DNA from: Candidatus Geohabitans tengchongensis
GTDB lineage: Bacteria > Sysuimicrobiota > Sysuimicrobiia > Sysuimicrobiales > Humicultoraceae
Direction: 5' to 3'
NCBI GenBank assembly: GCA_031459625.1
Contig: JAVKIH010000008.1
Location: 26,030 to 90,029 of the forward strand
DNA length: 64,000 bases
A program made the translations under genes and the position numbers. The stretch's first letter is position 1; every line of letters starts with the position of its first letter. Positions 29,027 through 38,630 of the stretch are shown piece after piece. A model generated the notes under the pieces. It was not told where the DNA came from, did not search any database, and was given only the letters and a program-made list of their open reading frames with translations.

Positions 29027-30363
29027 GGCGCGTGCGGATCGCCGTCGTGCTGGTCGGGCTGGTCGGCGCGGCCGTCGCCTACGTGGTCTGGCCGCGGGCG
29101 CGCCCCGACCCCACCCGGCTGGAGGCCTCGGGGACGATCGAGGTCGCGCACGTGGACGTGGCCCCCAAGGTGGCCGGCCGTGTGGCAGCGCTCCACGTCC
29201 GCGAAGGGGACCAGGTGGCGGCAGGTCAGGTGGTGGCCGAGTTGGAGCGCGAGGAGCTGGAGGCGCAGGTCCGTCAGGCCGAGGCCAGCCTGGCGGCGGC
29301 CCGCGCGCGGTTGCGCCTGGCCGAGGCCGGGGTGGCGCTCGCCCGAGCGCAGACCGAAGCGTCGGTGGCACAGGCCCGGGCCGCCGAGCAGGGCGCGCGC
29401 ACCCGCGTGCCCCAGGCCGCGGAGGCGGCGGCGTTGCAAGGCGAGGCCGTGGCGGCGCAGGTGGGCCAGGCCCGGGCGCAGGTGACCGCTGCCGGGGCGG
29501 TGTTGCGGGCGGCCGAGGCCGCCCTGCGCGGGGCCGAGGCCCGCGTGCGGGCCGCGCAGGCCGCGCTCGATGGGGCCAGGGACGAGGCCCGCCGGGCAGA
29601 GCTCCTGTTCCGGGAGGGGGCCATGGCGGCCCAGCAGGCGGAGGCGGCGCAGACGGCGGCCCTCGCCGCCGCGGCGCAGCTCGACGCCGCACGGGCCGAG
29701 CGGGACGCCCTCCGCCAGCAGCGCGTGGCGGCGGATGCGGCCCTGCGCCAGGCCCGGGCAGCGTTGGCGGCCGCGGAGGCCAACCAGCGCACGGTGAGCG
29801 TGCGCCGCCTCGACGTGGCGGCGGCGCAGGCGCAGGTCCGGCAGGCTGAGGCCGCCACCATGGGCGCCCGCGCCGGCCTGGTGGCCCTCCGGCAGCGGGA
29901 GCAGGAGGTGGCGGCGGCTCGGGCCGCCGTGGCGCAAACCGAGGCCGCCCTGGCCCTGGCCCTGGCTGTCCGTGACCAGACCGTGCTGCGCGCGCCGCTC
30001 CCCGGCACGATCATCTCGCGCCAGCTCGAGGTCGGCGACTTCGCCGCACCCGGCACCCCCGTCCTGACAATCGCGGATCTGACCCGGGCCTACCTGCGCG
30101 TCTTCGTCCCCGAGACGGCCATCGCGCGGGTGCGGCTGGGGCAGCCCGTGGAGGTGCGGGTCGACGCCTTCCCCGACCGCGTCTTCCGGGGACGGGTCCA
30201 GGAGGTGGCCAGCCGGGCCGAGTTCACCCCCGGCAACGTGCAGACCCGGGAGGAACGCACGAAGCTGGTCTTCGCCGTCCGCGTCGAGGTCCCCAACTCC
30301 CACGGCCTGCTCAAGCCGGGCCTGCCGGCCGACGCCGTGATCCTGACCGCCGTCGAGCCCTGA
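29023..30363 (+). CDS. HlyD/YbhG-like efflux periplasmic adaptor
   Basis: N-terminal TM, ASGTIE, long coiled coil, RAEFTP.NVQT.EER..LVF, LKPGLPAD. Confidence 0.9.
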   Translation: MRRVRIAVVLVGLVGAAVAYVVWPRARPDPTRLEASGTIEVAHVDVAPKVAGRVAALHVREGDQVAAGQVVAELEREELEAQVRQAEASLAAARARLRLAEAGVALARAQTEASVAQARAAEQGARTRVPQAAEAAALQGEAVAAQVGQARAQVTAAGAVLRAAEAALRGAEARVRAAQAALDGARDEARRAELLFREGAMAAQQAEAAQTAALAAAAQLDAARAERDALRQQRVAADAALRQARAALAAAEANQRTVSVRRLDVAAAQAQVRQAEAATMGARAGLVALRQREQEVAAARAAVAQTEAALALALAVRDQTVLRAPLPGTIISRQLEVGDFAAPGTPVLTIADLTRAYLRVFVPETAIARVRLGQPVEVRVDAFPDRVFRGRVQEVASRAEFTPGNVQTREERTKLVFAVRVEVPNSHGLLKPGLPADAVILTAVEP

Positions 30364-30366
30364 GCC

Positions 30367-31338
30367 GTGCAGTCCCCCGAGCTCGCCGTCACCTGCGCGG
30401 CCCTCACCCGACGCTTCGGGCCGGTCGTGGCCGTGGACGGCGTAGACCTGCAGGTCCCCCGGGGCGAGATCTTCGCGCTGGTGGGCCCCGACGGGGCAGG
30501 GAAGACGACGCTCATGCGACTGCTGTGCGGCCTCCTCCGCCCCGACGGCGGCACGGCCGCGGTGGCCGGGATCGACGTCCTCGCCGACCCCGAAGCCGCA
30601 AGACGGCGCCTCGGGTACATGCCGCAGCGCTTCAGCCTCTACGGCGACCTCACCGCGGTGGAGAACCTGCGCCTCTACGCCGGCCTCTACCAGGTCCCTG
30701 CGGCGGTCTTCCGGGAGCGCGCCGAGCGCCTGCTCGGGGAGTTCCGCCTCCTCCCCGTTGCCGACCGGCTCGCCCAGCACCTCTCCGGCGGCATGCGGCA
30801 GAAGCTGGCCCTGGCCTGCACGCTGGTCCACGCCCCCGAGGTCCTGCTCCTCGACGAGCCGACGACGGGCGTGGACCCGGTCTCCCGGCGGCTGTTCTGG
30901 CGCATCCTCTACGACCTCAACCGCGCCGGCCTCACTGTGTGCGTGAGCACGCCCTACATGGACGAGGCGGAGCGGTGCTCCCGCGTGGGCCTGATGGACC
31001 GGGGGCGGCTCATCGCCTGCGACGCGCCGGGGGCGCTGCGGGCGGCCATGGGCGGCGAGATCCTCGAGGTGGTGGCCGAGCCCCGCGCGCAGGCCAGGCG
31101 CCACCTCCGCCACCACCCGCTCGTGCGCAGCCTGGAGGTGTTCGGGGATCGCCTGCACGTGCTCGTCGACTCGGCCCGGGCGGCGGCCCCCGTCTTGCGG
31201 GCCGCGCTGGAGGCGGAGGGTGTCGCGGTGCGGGGCCTCCACCCCGTGCGGCCGACGCTGGAGGACGTCTTCGTGGCCCGCCTCACGGCCCCGGGCGCAG
31301 GCGGCGCCCGGGGCGCCCCATGCCGCTGGGAGGCGTAA
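30367..31338 (+). CDS. ABC transporter ATP-binding protein (YbhF-like, first NBD)
   Basis: GPDGAGKTT, LSGGMRQKL, LDEPTTGVDPVSRR. Confidence 0.92.
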   Translation: MQSPELAVTCAALTRRFGPVVAVDGVDLQVPRGEIFALVGPDGAGKTTLMRLLCGLLRPDGGTAAVAGIDVLADPEAARRRLGYMPQRFSLYGDLTAVENLRLYAGLYQVPAAVFRERAERLLGEFRLLPVADRLAQHLSGGMRQKLALACTLVHAPEVLLLDEPTTGVDPVSRRLFWRILYDLNRAGLTVCVSTPYMDEAERCSRVGLMDRGRLIACDAPGALRAAMGGEILEVVAEPRAQARRHLRHHPLVRSLEVFGDRLHVLVDSARAAAPVLRAALEAEGVAVRGLHPVRPTLEDVFVARLTAPGAGGARGAPCRWEA

Positions 31339-31339
31339 C

Positions 31340-32278
31340 GTGGCGGTTTCGGTCCGCGCCGAGGGCCTGACGAGACGCTTCGGCGCGTTCGTCGCCGTCG
31401 ACCACGTCTCGTTCGAGATCGCGCCGGGGGAGATCTGGGGATTCCTCGGGCCCAACGGCGCGGGGAAGTCGACGACCATCCGCATGCTGTGCGGCGTCCT
31501 GGCGCCCTCAGGGGGCCGGGCGGAGGTCCTCGGCTACGACGTCCGACGCCACCCCGAGGCGGTCAAGGCGCGCATCGGCTACATGTCGCAGCGCTTCGCC
31601 CTCTGGTCCGACCTGACCGTGCGTGAGAACCTGGCGTTCTACGCCGGGGTCTACGGGCTGCGCGGGCGGGAGGCGCACGAGCGCATCGCCCTCTGGCTGG
31701 CGCGGGTCGGGCTGCTCGACCGGCAGCATGCGCTGGCGGGGACGTTGTCCGGCGGGTCCCGCCAGCGCCTGGCGCTGGCGGCCGCCGCGCTCCACCGGCC
31801 GCCGGTGGTCTTCCTGGACGAGCCCACCGCGGGCATGGACCCGCTCTCGCGCCGGCAGTTCTGGGAGCTGATCGGCGGGTTCGCCGAGGACGGGACGACC
31901 GTCATGGTCACCACGCACTACATGGACGAGGCCGAGCACTGCGACCGCCTGGCCTTCATCCACCAAGGGCGGATCATCGCTCAGGGCCCCCCGGTGGAGA
32001 TCAAGGCGCGCCAGATGGTGGGGCAGGTGCTGGAGGTGCGGGTGGAGCCCCTCATCGAGGCCCTGGGGGTGGTGGAGGGGCACCCTGCCGTGCGGGAGGC
32101 CGCGCTCTACGGGGCGGCGATCCACGCCACGGTGGACCAGCGCGAGGCCGGGCCGGCGCTGGCCGCGGCGCTGGCGGCCCGCGGCTTCGCGGTGGAGGGC
32201 GTGGAGCCGATCCTGCCGTCGCTGGAGGACGTCTTCGTCGCGCTGGTGGAGGCGCGGGAGCGGGAGGCGGCCGCGTGA
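31340..32278 (+). CDS. ABC transporter ATP-binding protein (YbhF-like, second NBD)
   Basis: GPNGAGKST, LDEPTAGMDP, TTHYMDEAE. Confidence 0.92.
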   Translation: MAVSVRAEGLTRRFGAFVAVDHVSFEIAPGEIWGFLGPNGAGKSTTIRMLCGVLAPSGGRAEVLGYDVRRHPEAVKARIGYMSQRFALWSDLTVRENLAFYAGVYGLRGREAHERIALWLARVGLLDRQHALAGTLSGGSRQRLALAAAALHRPPVVFLDEPTAGMDPLSRRQFWELIGGFAEDGTTVMVTTHYMDEAEHCDRLAFIHQGRIIAQGPPVEIKARQMVGQVLEVRVEPLIEALGVVEGHPAVREAALYGAAIHATVDQREAGPALAAALAARGFAVEGVEPILPSLEDVFVALVEAREREAAA

Positions 32279-33402
32279 GCTGGCAGCGGCTGGTGAGCAT
32301 CGTCCGCAAGGAGGTGGCCCAGCTCCTCCGCGACCGCCGCACCCTGGGGAGCATGATCAGCCTCCCCGTCATCCAGCTGGTGCTCTTCGGCTACCTGAGC
32401 AGCCAGGTGCTGCACCAGCCGACGGTGGTGTGGGACCAGTCGACCTCGGCGGAGAGCCGCGCGCTCATCCAGGCCTTCGAGAACACGCGCTACTTCACGG
32501 TGCGCTACGCTGCCCGCACCCTCCCCGAGGTCGAGCGGCGCCTGGACGCCGGCCAGGCCCGGGTGGGGGTGGTGATCCCGCCCGACTACGCCCGGCGCGT
32601 GCGGGCGGGGGAGCCGGCGCAGGTGATGGTGGTGGTGGACGCCTCCGACGCCACCAGCGCCCAGGTCCTGATGTCCGTGGCCGCGGGCGTCGGGGCGCGT
32701 CTTGCCCAGGATCTCACCGCGCGGGCCCTGGCCCGCCGCGGCCAGCGCCCGCCGGCACCGCCCGTGGAGGTGCGCACGCGCGCCTGGTACAACCCGAACC
32801 TGGAGAGCCGGGTCTTCATCGTCCCCGGGGTGCTGGGGTTGATCATGATGTTCACGACCACCTTCATGACGATGGGGACCATCGTGCGGGAGCGCGAGCT
32901 GGGGACGCTGGAGCAGATCGTCGTCACGCCGCTGCGCCCCGCCGAGCTGATGCTGGGCAAGATCCTCCCGCTGGTCGCTCTCGGCTACCTGAACCTGACC
33001 TTCATCCTGGTGCTGGCCTGGCTCTGGTTCGGCGTGGCCGTGCGGGGCAGCCTCGTCCTGCTCTACGCGGTCACCCTGGCGTTCTTCTTCTCGTCGCTGG
33101 GGGTGGGCGTCCTCATCTCCACCGTCTCCCGGACGTTCAACCAGGCGACCCAGCTGGCCCAGCTCGTCCTGCTGCCCAGCATCCTCCTCTCGGGCTTCCT
33201 CTTCCCGCGCGAGTCGCTCCCTCTGCTGCTGCAGTGGATCGGCTACGGCGTCCCGCTCACCTACTTCATCACCGTGCTGCGGGGGATCATCGTGAAGGGA
33301 GCGGGGCTCGCCGACCTCTGGCCGCAGATCCTGGCCCTGGTGGGGCTCGGGAGCCTCGTCTTCACCCTGGCCATCGTACGCTTCCAGAAGCGGGTCGACT
33401 GA
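32275..33402 (+). CDS. ABC-2 type permease (YbhR/S-like)
   Basis: KE..Q..RDRRTL, WYNPNL, RERELGTLEQ, LSGFLFP. Confidence 0.92.
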   Translation: MSWQRLVSIVRKEVAQLLRDRRTLGSMISLPVIQLVLFGYLSSQVLHQPTVVWDQSTSAESRALIQAFENTRYFTVRYAARTLPEVERRLDAGQARVGVVIPPDYARRVRAGEPAQVMVVVDASDATSAQVLMSVAAGVGARLAQDLTARALARRGQRPPAPPVEVRTRAWYNPNLESRVFIVPGVLGLIMMFTTTFMTMGTIVRERELGTLEQIVVTPLRPAELMLGKILPLVALGYLNLTFILVLAWLWFGVAVRGSLVLLYAVTLAFFFSSLGVGVLISTVSRTFNQATQLAQLVLLPSILLSGFLFPRESLPLLLQWIGYGVPLTYFITVLRGIIVKGAGLADLWPQILALVGLGSLVFTLAIVRFQKRVD

Positions 33403-33789
33403 CGATTCACCTTCATCGAGCTGTGCACCGCAGGTTGAGCCCAGCTGGACGTCGGCCTGATCCGGGGGGCGCAGCGGACGGGCCGGGGAATCCCCTCCCT
33501 CGTCATCCCCGGACGCTCCTCCGGCCACCGGAGGGCGGCATGGCTCTCCACGGCGCGCTGGGGGCCGGCCCGGGAGGACACGGAGACAATGGGCGGGCGT
33601 CCCACCCGACCCCGCAGTAGGCGCTCCCGGACGGCTCCGGCGCTCCAGAATGGTCAGGTGCTGGCGGAGCGCGGACCTGGAGGGGGGAAGGGTTGACGAT
33701 CGGTTCCCTCTCCCCGGGGAGAAGGACCATGGAAGAGGGGCAGGCCATCCGGCGTTGAGACAGGGGAAGTGAGGGAGGAGGGGAGAGAC

Positions 33790-34767
33790 ATGGAGACGGG
33801 CCCGGCACGGCACCTCGGCGGGATCCACCACGTCACCGCCATCGCGGGGCACCCGCAGGAGAACGTGGACTTCTACATGGGGCTCCTGGGGATGCGCCTC
33901 GTGAAGCGCTCGGTGAACCAGGACGACCCGCAGACCTACCACCTCTTCTACGCCGATGGGGTGGGCAGCCCGGGCACCGACCTGACCTTCTTCGCCTGGC
34001 CCGGCGGGCCGGTGGGGCGCCGCGGCGCGGGGCAGGCCATCAGCGTGGCGCTGGCGATCCCACAGGGGGCGGTGGCCTTCTGGCTGCGCCGGTTGACCGA
34101 GGCCGGGATCACCGTGGAAGGGCCGACGCCGCGCGGGGCAGAAGAAGCCCTCGCCTTTGCCGACCCGCACGGCCTGGCGCTCGAGCTAGTGGCCGGGCCC
34201 GACACGGGCGAGCGCGATCCCTGGGTGCCCTGGACCGCCGGTCCCGTCCCGGTGGAGTACGCCATCCGCGGCATCCACCGCGTCACCCTGGCGGTGGCGC
34301 GGTTGGAGCCGACGCGCGCCTTCCTGGAGTCGCCGCTGCGCTTCCGTCTCCTGGAAGAAGGGGACGGCCGCCTGCGCTTCGCCACCGGGCCCGGCGGTTC
34401 AGGAGCGCAGGTGGAGGTGGTGCGCGCCACGGGATGGGGACGCATCGCCGTCGGCACCGTGCACCACGTGGCCTGGCGCACGCCCGACGACGCTGCGCAC
34501 CAGGCCTGGCAGCGGGAGCTGCACGGACTGGGGGTGGGCGTGACCCCCATCATCGACCGCTTCTGGTTCCGCTCGATCTACTTCCGCGAGCCCGGTGGGG
34601 TGCTCTTCGAAATCGCCACCGACGGTCCGGGGTTTGCGGTGGACGAGGCGGTGGAGCGCCTCGGCGAGCACCTGGTCCTGCCCCCCTGGCTCGAACCCGA
34701 GCGGGCGCAGATCGAGCAGGCTCTCCTCCCGATCCGGCTGCCGGTGCCGGCGCCGGGGCGCGCATGA
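33790..34767 (+). CDS. Ring-cleaving dioxygenase, VOC superfamily (MhqO-like)
   Basis: GIHHVTAI, VKRSVNQDDP.TYHLFY, GTVHHVAWR, DRFWFRSIYFREPGGVLFEIATDGPGF. Confidence 0.92.
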   Translation: METGPARHLGGIHHVTAIAGHPQENVDFYMGLLGMRLVKRSVNQDDPQTYHLFYADGVGSPGTDLTFFAWPGGPVGRRGAGQAISVALAIPQGAVAFWLRRLTEAGITVEGPTPRGAEEALAFADPHGLALELVAGPDTGERDPWVPWTAGPVPVEYAIRGIHRVTLAVARLEPTRAFLESPLRFRLLEEGDGRLRFATGPGGSGAQVEVVRATGWGRIAVGTVHHVAWRTPDDAAHQAWQRELHGLGVGVTPIIDRFWFRSIYFREPGGVLFEIATDGPGFAVDEAVERLGEHLVLPPWLEPERAQIEQALLPIRLPVPAPGRA

Positions 34768-35069
34768 GGGAATCGACAAAGGGCAAAGACGTCGGTCCCA
34801 CGACGGCCCCGTCGGAGGCGTTGGGATTCGTCCTGCCCCTGGGCTTTGACCCGCGCCGCGTGGTGGCGGCCAGCTACCCGAACGGCGCCAACATCTGCGC
34901 CGGCCGGCACGATCCCCTGGTCCCTATCGAGCTGGCCGAGCGCCTGGCCGACCTCCTGCGCCACGCCGGCGCCCACCTCACGCTCCTCTGGAACGAGGTG
35001 GGCCACGGGCTGACCGCGGCAGAGATCGCCGCCGCGCGTGCGTGGCCGGCGGAGGCGGTGCCTTCGTGA
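34764..35069 (+). pseudogene. Internally deleted MhqD-like alpha/beta hydrolase
   Basis: About 100 aa retaining GFDPRRVVAASYPNGANI (degenerate GYSNG), AGRHDPLVP and GHGL; large segments absent. Confidence 0.7.
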
Positions 35070-35935
35070 GCGGGCGCCGGGCCCCTGCTCCAGCTCCCGC
35101 GCCAGCCGCGCTGCGGCCCTTCGGGCCGACCGGCCGCGACGTTCCGGTCATCGGCCAGGGGACATGGATGATGGAGCGCACGCCGCGCGCCTCCGTCACC
35201 GCGCTGCGGCGCGGCCTCGACCTGGGGCTCACCCACATCGACACGGCGGAGTCCTACGGGCGCGGCGCGGTGGAGGAGCTGGTGGGCCGGGCCATCGCCG
35301 GGCGGCGCGCCGAGGTCTTCCTGGTCTCGAAGGTCCACCCCCGCCACGCCTCGCGCGCGGGGACCGTGGCCGCCTGCGAGCGCAGTCTGCGCCGGCTGGG
35401 GACCGACTACCTGGACGTCTACCTGCTGCACTGGCCCAGCGACCACCCGCTGGAGGAGACCGTCGCCGGGTTCGAGCACCTGGTGCGGGCGGGGAAGATC
35501 CGGGCCTGGGGGGTCTCCAACTTCGACGAGGAGCTGCTGGAGGAGGTGGTGCACCTGGCCGGGCCGGGGCGCGTCGCCTGCAACCAGGTGTACTACGCCC
35601 TGGAGGAACGGGCGGTGGAGCACTTCGTCCTGCCGGCCTGCGCGCGCCACGGGATCGCGCTGGTGGGCTACAGCCCCTTCGGGCAGGGCCGCTTCCGCTC
35701 CCACCCGGTGCTGGAGGCGGTGGCCCGCGCCCGGGGCGCCACGCCCCGGCAGGTGGCGCTGGCCTTCCTCACGCGCCACCCGCACGCCTTCACGATTCCG
35801 AAGGCGGCACAGGTGGCGCACGTGGAGGAGAACGCCGGCGCGCTGGGGCTGCGCCTCACCGACGAGGAGGTGGCGCGCATCGACGCCACCTTCCCGGTGG
35901 GTCCGCCCCGCCCCGGCGACGTGCCGGTTCTGTGA
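35066..35935 (+). CDS. Aldo/keto reductase
   Basis: IGQGTW, HIDTAESYG, SKV, DVYLLHWP, GVSNF, CNQV, YSPF, IPKA. Confidence 0.92.
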   Translation: MSGRRAPAPAPAPAALRPFGPTGRDVPVIGQGTWMMERTPRASVTALRRGLDLGLTHIDTAESYGRGAVEELVGRAIAGRRAEVFLVSKVHPRHASRAGTVAACERSLRRLGTDYLDVYLLHWPSDHPLEETVAGFEHLVRAGKIRAWGVSNFDEELLEEVVHLAGPGRVACNQVYYALEERAVEHFVLPACARHGIALVGYSPFGQGRFRSHPVLEAVARARGATPRQVALAFLTRHPHAFTIPKAAQVAHVEENAGALGLRLTDEEVARIDATFPVGPPRPGDVPVL

Positions 35936-35972
35936 CGCGAAGCGCGGTGACCGGTCTCGAGGGTGGACAGCG

Positions 35973-36683
35973 ATGGTCCGCAGCAGGACGGAGCCAGCCA
36001 GGCGAGCCTTCACCAGGGTGTCATACCTGAGGAGTAGGGTCGGGCTCGTACGGGCGGCACTCCTGCTCCTCCTCGGCGCCCTCCTGGCGACCGGACCGGG
36101 GAGCGTGGTCCCCGCCTCCGCTGCGGCGCCGACCGTCCAGCGCTACGTCATCGTCCCGGAGGAGTCCGAGGTGCTCTACCGGGTCGGCGAAGTGCTCTTC
36201 CGGGAGGGCAACCGCTTCAACGTGGCTGTGGGGCGGACGAACGCCGTGCGCGGCGAGGTGCTCATCGACCGGGCGAGGCCGCGCAACAGCCGCATCGGGC
36301 CCATTACGGTGGACATCAGCACCTTCCGCTCCGACCGGGAGCGGCGCGACCAGGCGATCCGCGAGCGCTGGCTGGAGTCGGCACGCTTCCCCACCGCGAC
36401 TTTCACCTCGACCGCCATCGAGGGGCTCCCCCAGACCTACGAGGAGGGACAGGAGCTGACCGTGCAAGTCACCGGTGACCTGCGCGTGCGCGACGTCACG
36501 CGGCGGACCACCTTCGCCACGGTCGTGACGCTCTCCCGGGGTGTCCTGCGCGGCACCGCCACCACCACGGTGCGGATGACCGACTTCGGCTTCGACCCCC
36601 CCGTGATCCTGGGGATCCTCCGCGCCGAGAACGAGGTGCGGCTGGAGTTCCGGTTCACGGCGCGACCGGCAAATGGTAACTGA
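35973..36683 (+). CDS. YceI family protein
   Basis: Signal-like segment; SD..RRD, LESARFP.ATF, TGDL, MTDFG; start uncertain. Confidence 0.8.
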   Translation: MVRSRTEPARRAFTRVSYLRSRVGLVRAALLLLLGALLATGPGSVVPASAAAPTVQRYVIVPEESEVLYRVGEVLFREGNRFNVAVGRTNAVRGEVLIDRARPRNSRIGPITVDISTFRSDRERRDQAIRERWLESARFPTATFTSTAIEGLPQTYEEGQELTVQVTGDLRVRDVTRRTTFATVVTLSRGVLRGTATTTVRMTDFGFDPPVILGILRAENEVRLEFRFTARPANGN

Positions 36684-36705
36684 GGTGCCGGGAGGGGTGA
36701 GGGGC

Positions 36706-37210
36706 ATGGGCGCGGTCTGCTTCCTCCGGTGGGTGACGACGCTCCTCGTCGCCCTCGCCCTCGGCCTCTCCCCCTCGCTGGCACCGGCCGCCTCCGCCCC
36801 CACCCTCGACGAGCGCGCCGTCTACGAGCGGGCCGCGCCCGCCGTGGTCGTAGTGCGCGCCGTCGCCGACGGGCGCAGCGGGGTCGGCACCGGTTTTCTC
36901 GTCGACCCCGGAGCGCAGCGCGCCGGCCGGGCTCCCGCCGGGACGGAGGCGCTGGTCCTGACCGCCGCACACGTGGTGCGGGGCGCAGAACGGCTGCTCG
37001 TGGAGTTCCCGGAGGACCGTGCGCTGCCGGCGGAGCTGGTGGGCTACGACGCCCGGCGCGACGTGGCGCTCCTGCGCATCTACACCCGAGCGGCCGCTCC
37101 CGGCGCTCCCCCTGGCCTCGACGGCGGGGCTGCGGCCGGGTGAGCCGGTGCTCGTCATCGGCACGCCGCGCGGCCGCCCCGGTGTCCCCGGGACCACCAG
37201 TCCCTGCTGA
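36706..37210 (+). pseudogene. Frameshifted, truncated trypsin-like (S1C/HtrA) serine protease
   Basis: GTGF, LTAAHVV, RDVALL; +1 shift near 37081 continues LPALPL..LRPGEPVLVIG.P.G, then stops before the catalytic Ser motif. Confidence 0.75.
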
Positions 37211-37295
37211 CGTGGACCACGAAGATATGTCCTTGTCATCACCTTGCTCGTTGTCGTCGCGCCGCAGGCGAAGACGTGACGAAAGGAGGGAGGCC

Positions 37296-38234
37296 ATGAC
37301 CGACCTGGAACGGTACATCCTCGAGGAGTGGCGGGAAGACTACCAGGCGGGGCGCCTGCCGCGCCGGGAGTTCCTGCGCCGCGTGGCGGTCTTCAGCGGC
37401 GGGACGGCGCTCGCCGCCACGGTGCTGGCCCAGCTCGGCATCGTCTTCACCCCCGGCGAGCTGGCCGAGGCGGCCGCCGCGCCCTCGCCAGCCGAACCGG
37501 CGGCGCCCGGGGGCACGGTGCCGCCCACCGACCCGGCCATCACCGTCCGCAACGTCTCCTTCCCGTCGGGGACGGTCACCGTCCTGGGCTACCTGGCCCT
37601 GCCGCGCACCGGGACGCCGGCGCCCGGCGTGGTCGTCGTCCACGAGAACCGCGGCCTCGTCGAGCACATCAAGGACGTCGCCCGCCGCCTGGCCAAGGCC
37701 GGGTACGTCGCCCTGGCGCCGGACCTGGCCTCGGCGGAGGGCGGCACGGAGCGCTATACCGACCCGGCCCAGGTGACGGCGATCCTCGGGCGCACCCCGC
37801 CGGACCAGCTCGTGGCCATGCTCAACGCGGCGGTGCGCCACCTGCAGGGACTGCCCGAGGTGCGACGCGACCGCATCGGGGCGATCGGCTTCTGCTTCGG
37901 CGGCGGGATGGTGTGGCGGCTCATCACCCAGAACCCCGACGTGCGCGCCGCGGCGCCCTTCTACGGTCCATCACCCGACCTGGATGCCGTGCCCCGCATC
38001 CGCGCGGCGGTGCTGGCCATCTACGGCGAGCGGGACGAGCGCATCAACGCCGGCATCCCGGCGCTGCGCGAGCGGCTCCAGCGGGCCAACGTCGTCCACG
38101 AGATCGTCATCTACCCCAACGCTGACCACGCCTTCTTCAACGACACCGGCCAGCGCTACAACGCCGAGGCCGCGCGGGATGCGTGGAGCCGGGTGCTGGT
38201 GTGGTTCGAGCGGTACCTCAAGGCCGGCGGATGA
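37296..38234 (+). CDS. Dienelactone hydrolase family protein (YghX-like)
   Basis: VVVHENRGL..HIKDVARR, GFCFGG, HAFFNDTG; RREFL Tat-like motif; AAGGAGG RBS. Confidence 0.9.
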   Translation: MTDLERYILEEWREDYQAGRLPRREFLRRVAVFSGGTALAATVLAQLGIVFTPGELAEAAAAPSPAEPAAPGGTVPPTDPAITVRNVSFPSGTVTVLGYLALPRTGTPAPGVVVVHENRGLVEHIKDVARRLAKAGYVALAPDLASAEGGTERYTDPAQVTAILGRTPPDQLVAMLNAAVRHLQGLPEVRRDRIGAIGFCFGGGMVWRLITQNPDVRAAAPFYGPSPDLDAVPRIRAAVLAIYGERDERINAGIPALRERLQRANVVHEIVIYPNADHAFFNDTGQRYNAEAARDAWSRVLVWFERYLKAGG

Positions 38235-38244
38235 TCGCCCGGCG

Positions 38245-38325
38245 GTGAACGTCCTCGTCGTCGAGGACGCGCGGGAGATCGCCGACCTCCACGCTTTTGA
38301 CACCCGTCACACCCCGCGCCTATAA
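38245..38325 (+). pseudogene. Tiny receiver-domain fragment
   Basis: VNVLVVEDAREIADL matches the start of a REC domain, then runs into the thrS promoter. Confidence 0.45.
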
Positions 38326-38326
38326 T
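38297..38326 (+). promoter_or_regulatory. Consensus sigma70 promoter of the thrS leader
   Basis: TTGACA (38297) -18 bp- TATAAT (38321). Confidence 0.85.
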
Positions 38327-38332
38327 CGCCCC

Positions 38333-38605
38333 ACGGGCGAAGACGAGGACGAGTAGGCCGGTCCGGCTGCGCAGAGAGGGAGCGCCCGATTCGGGCTGCG
38401 AGCGCTCCTGCAGTGTGGACGGCTGAAGACCCCCTCGGAGCCCGCCGCCGAGACCCTGCCGGGCAGCCGTCCCGCCAGGGAGAAGGCGGCCGGTCCCGCC
38501 GCCGAGACCGGCGGGGACGAGCGCCGGGCCGAGGAGGCCCGGAAGCCGGGTGGAACCACGGAGGCAACCCTCCGTCCCGCAAGGGGGCGGAGGGTTTGCG
38601 ATTTC
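38333..38605 (+). ncRNA. T-box riboswitch (Thr)
   Basis: AGTAG near the 5' end, AGAGAG and GCTG distal-loop motifs, specifier GAAG-ACC (38429-38431), T-box GGGTGGAACCACG (38548), terminator aaccctccgtccc/ggggcggagggttt. Confidence 0.9.
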
Positions 38606-38630
38606 ATCGGCCGATGTCGGGAGGGACGCC

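Noticed and set aside
33403..33789. 390-bp intergenic region as a possible sRNA or gene remnant
   Set aside because: No recognisable RNA motif or convincing ORF by eye.
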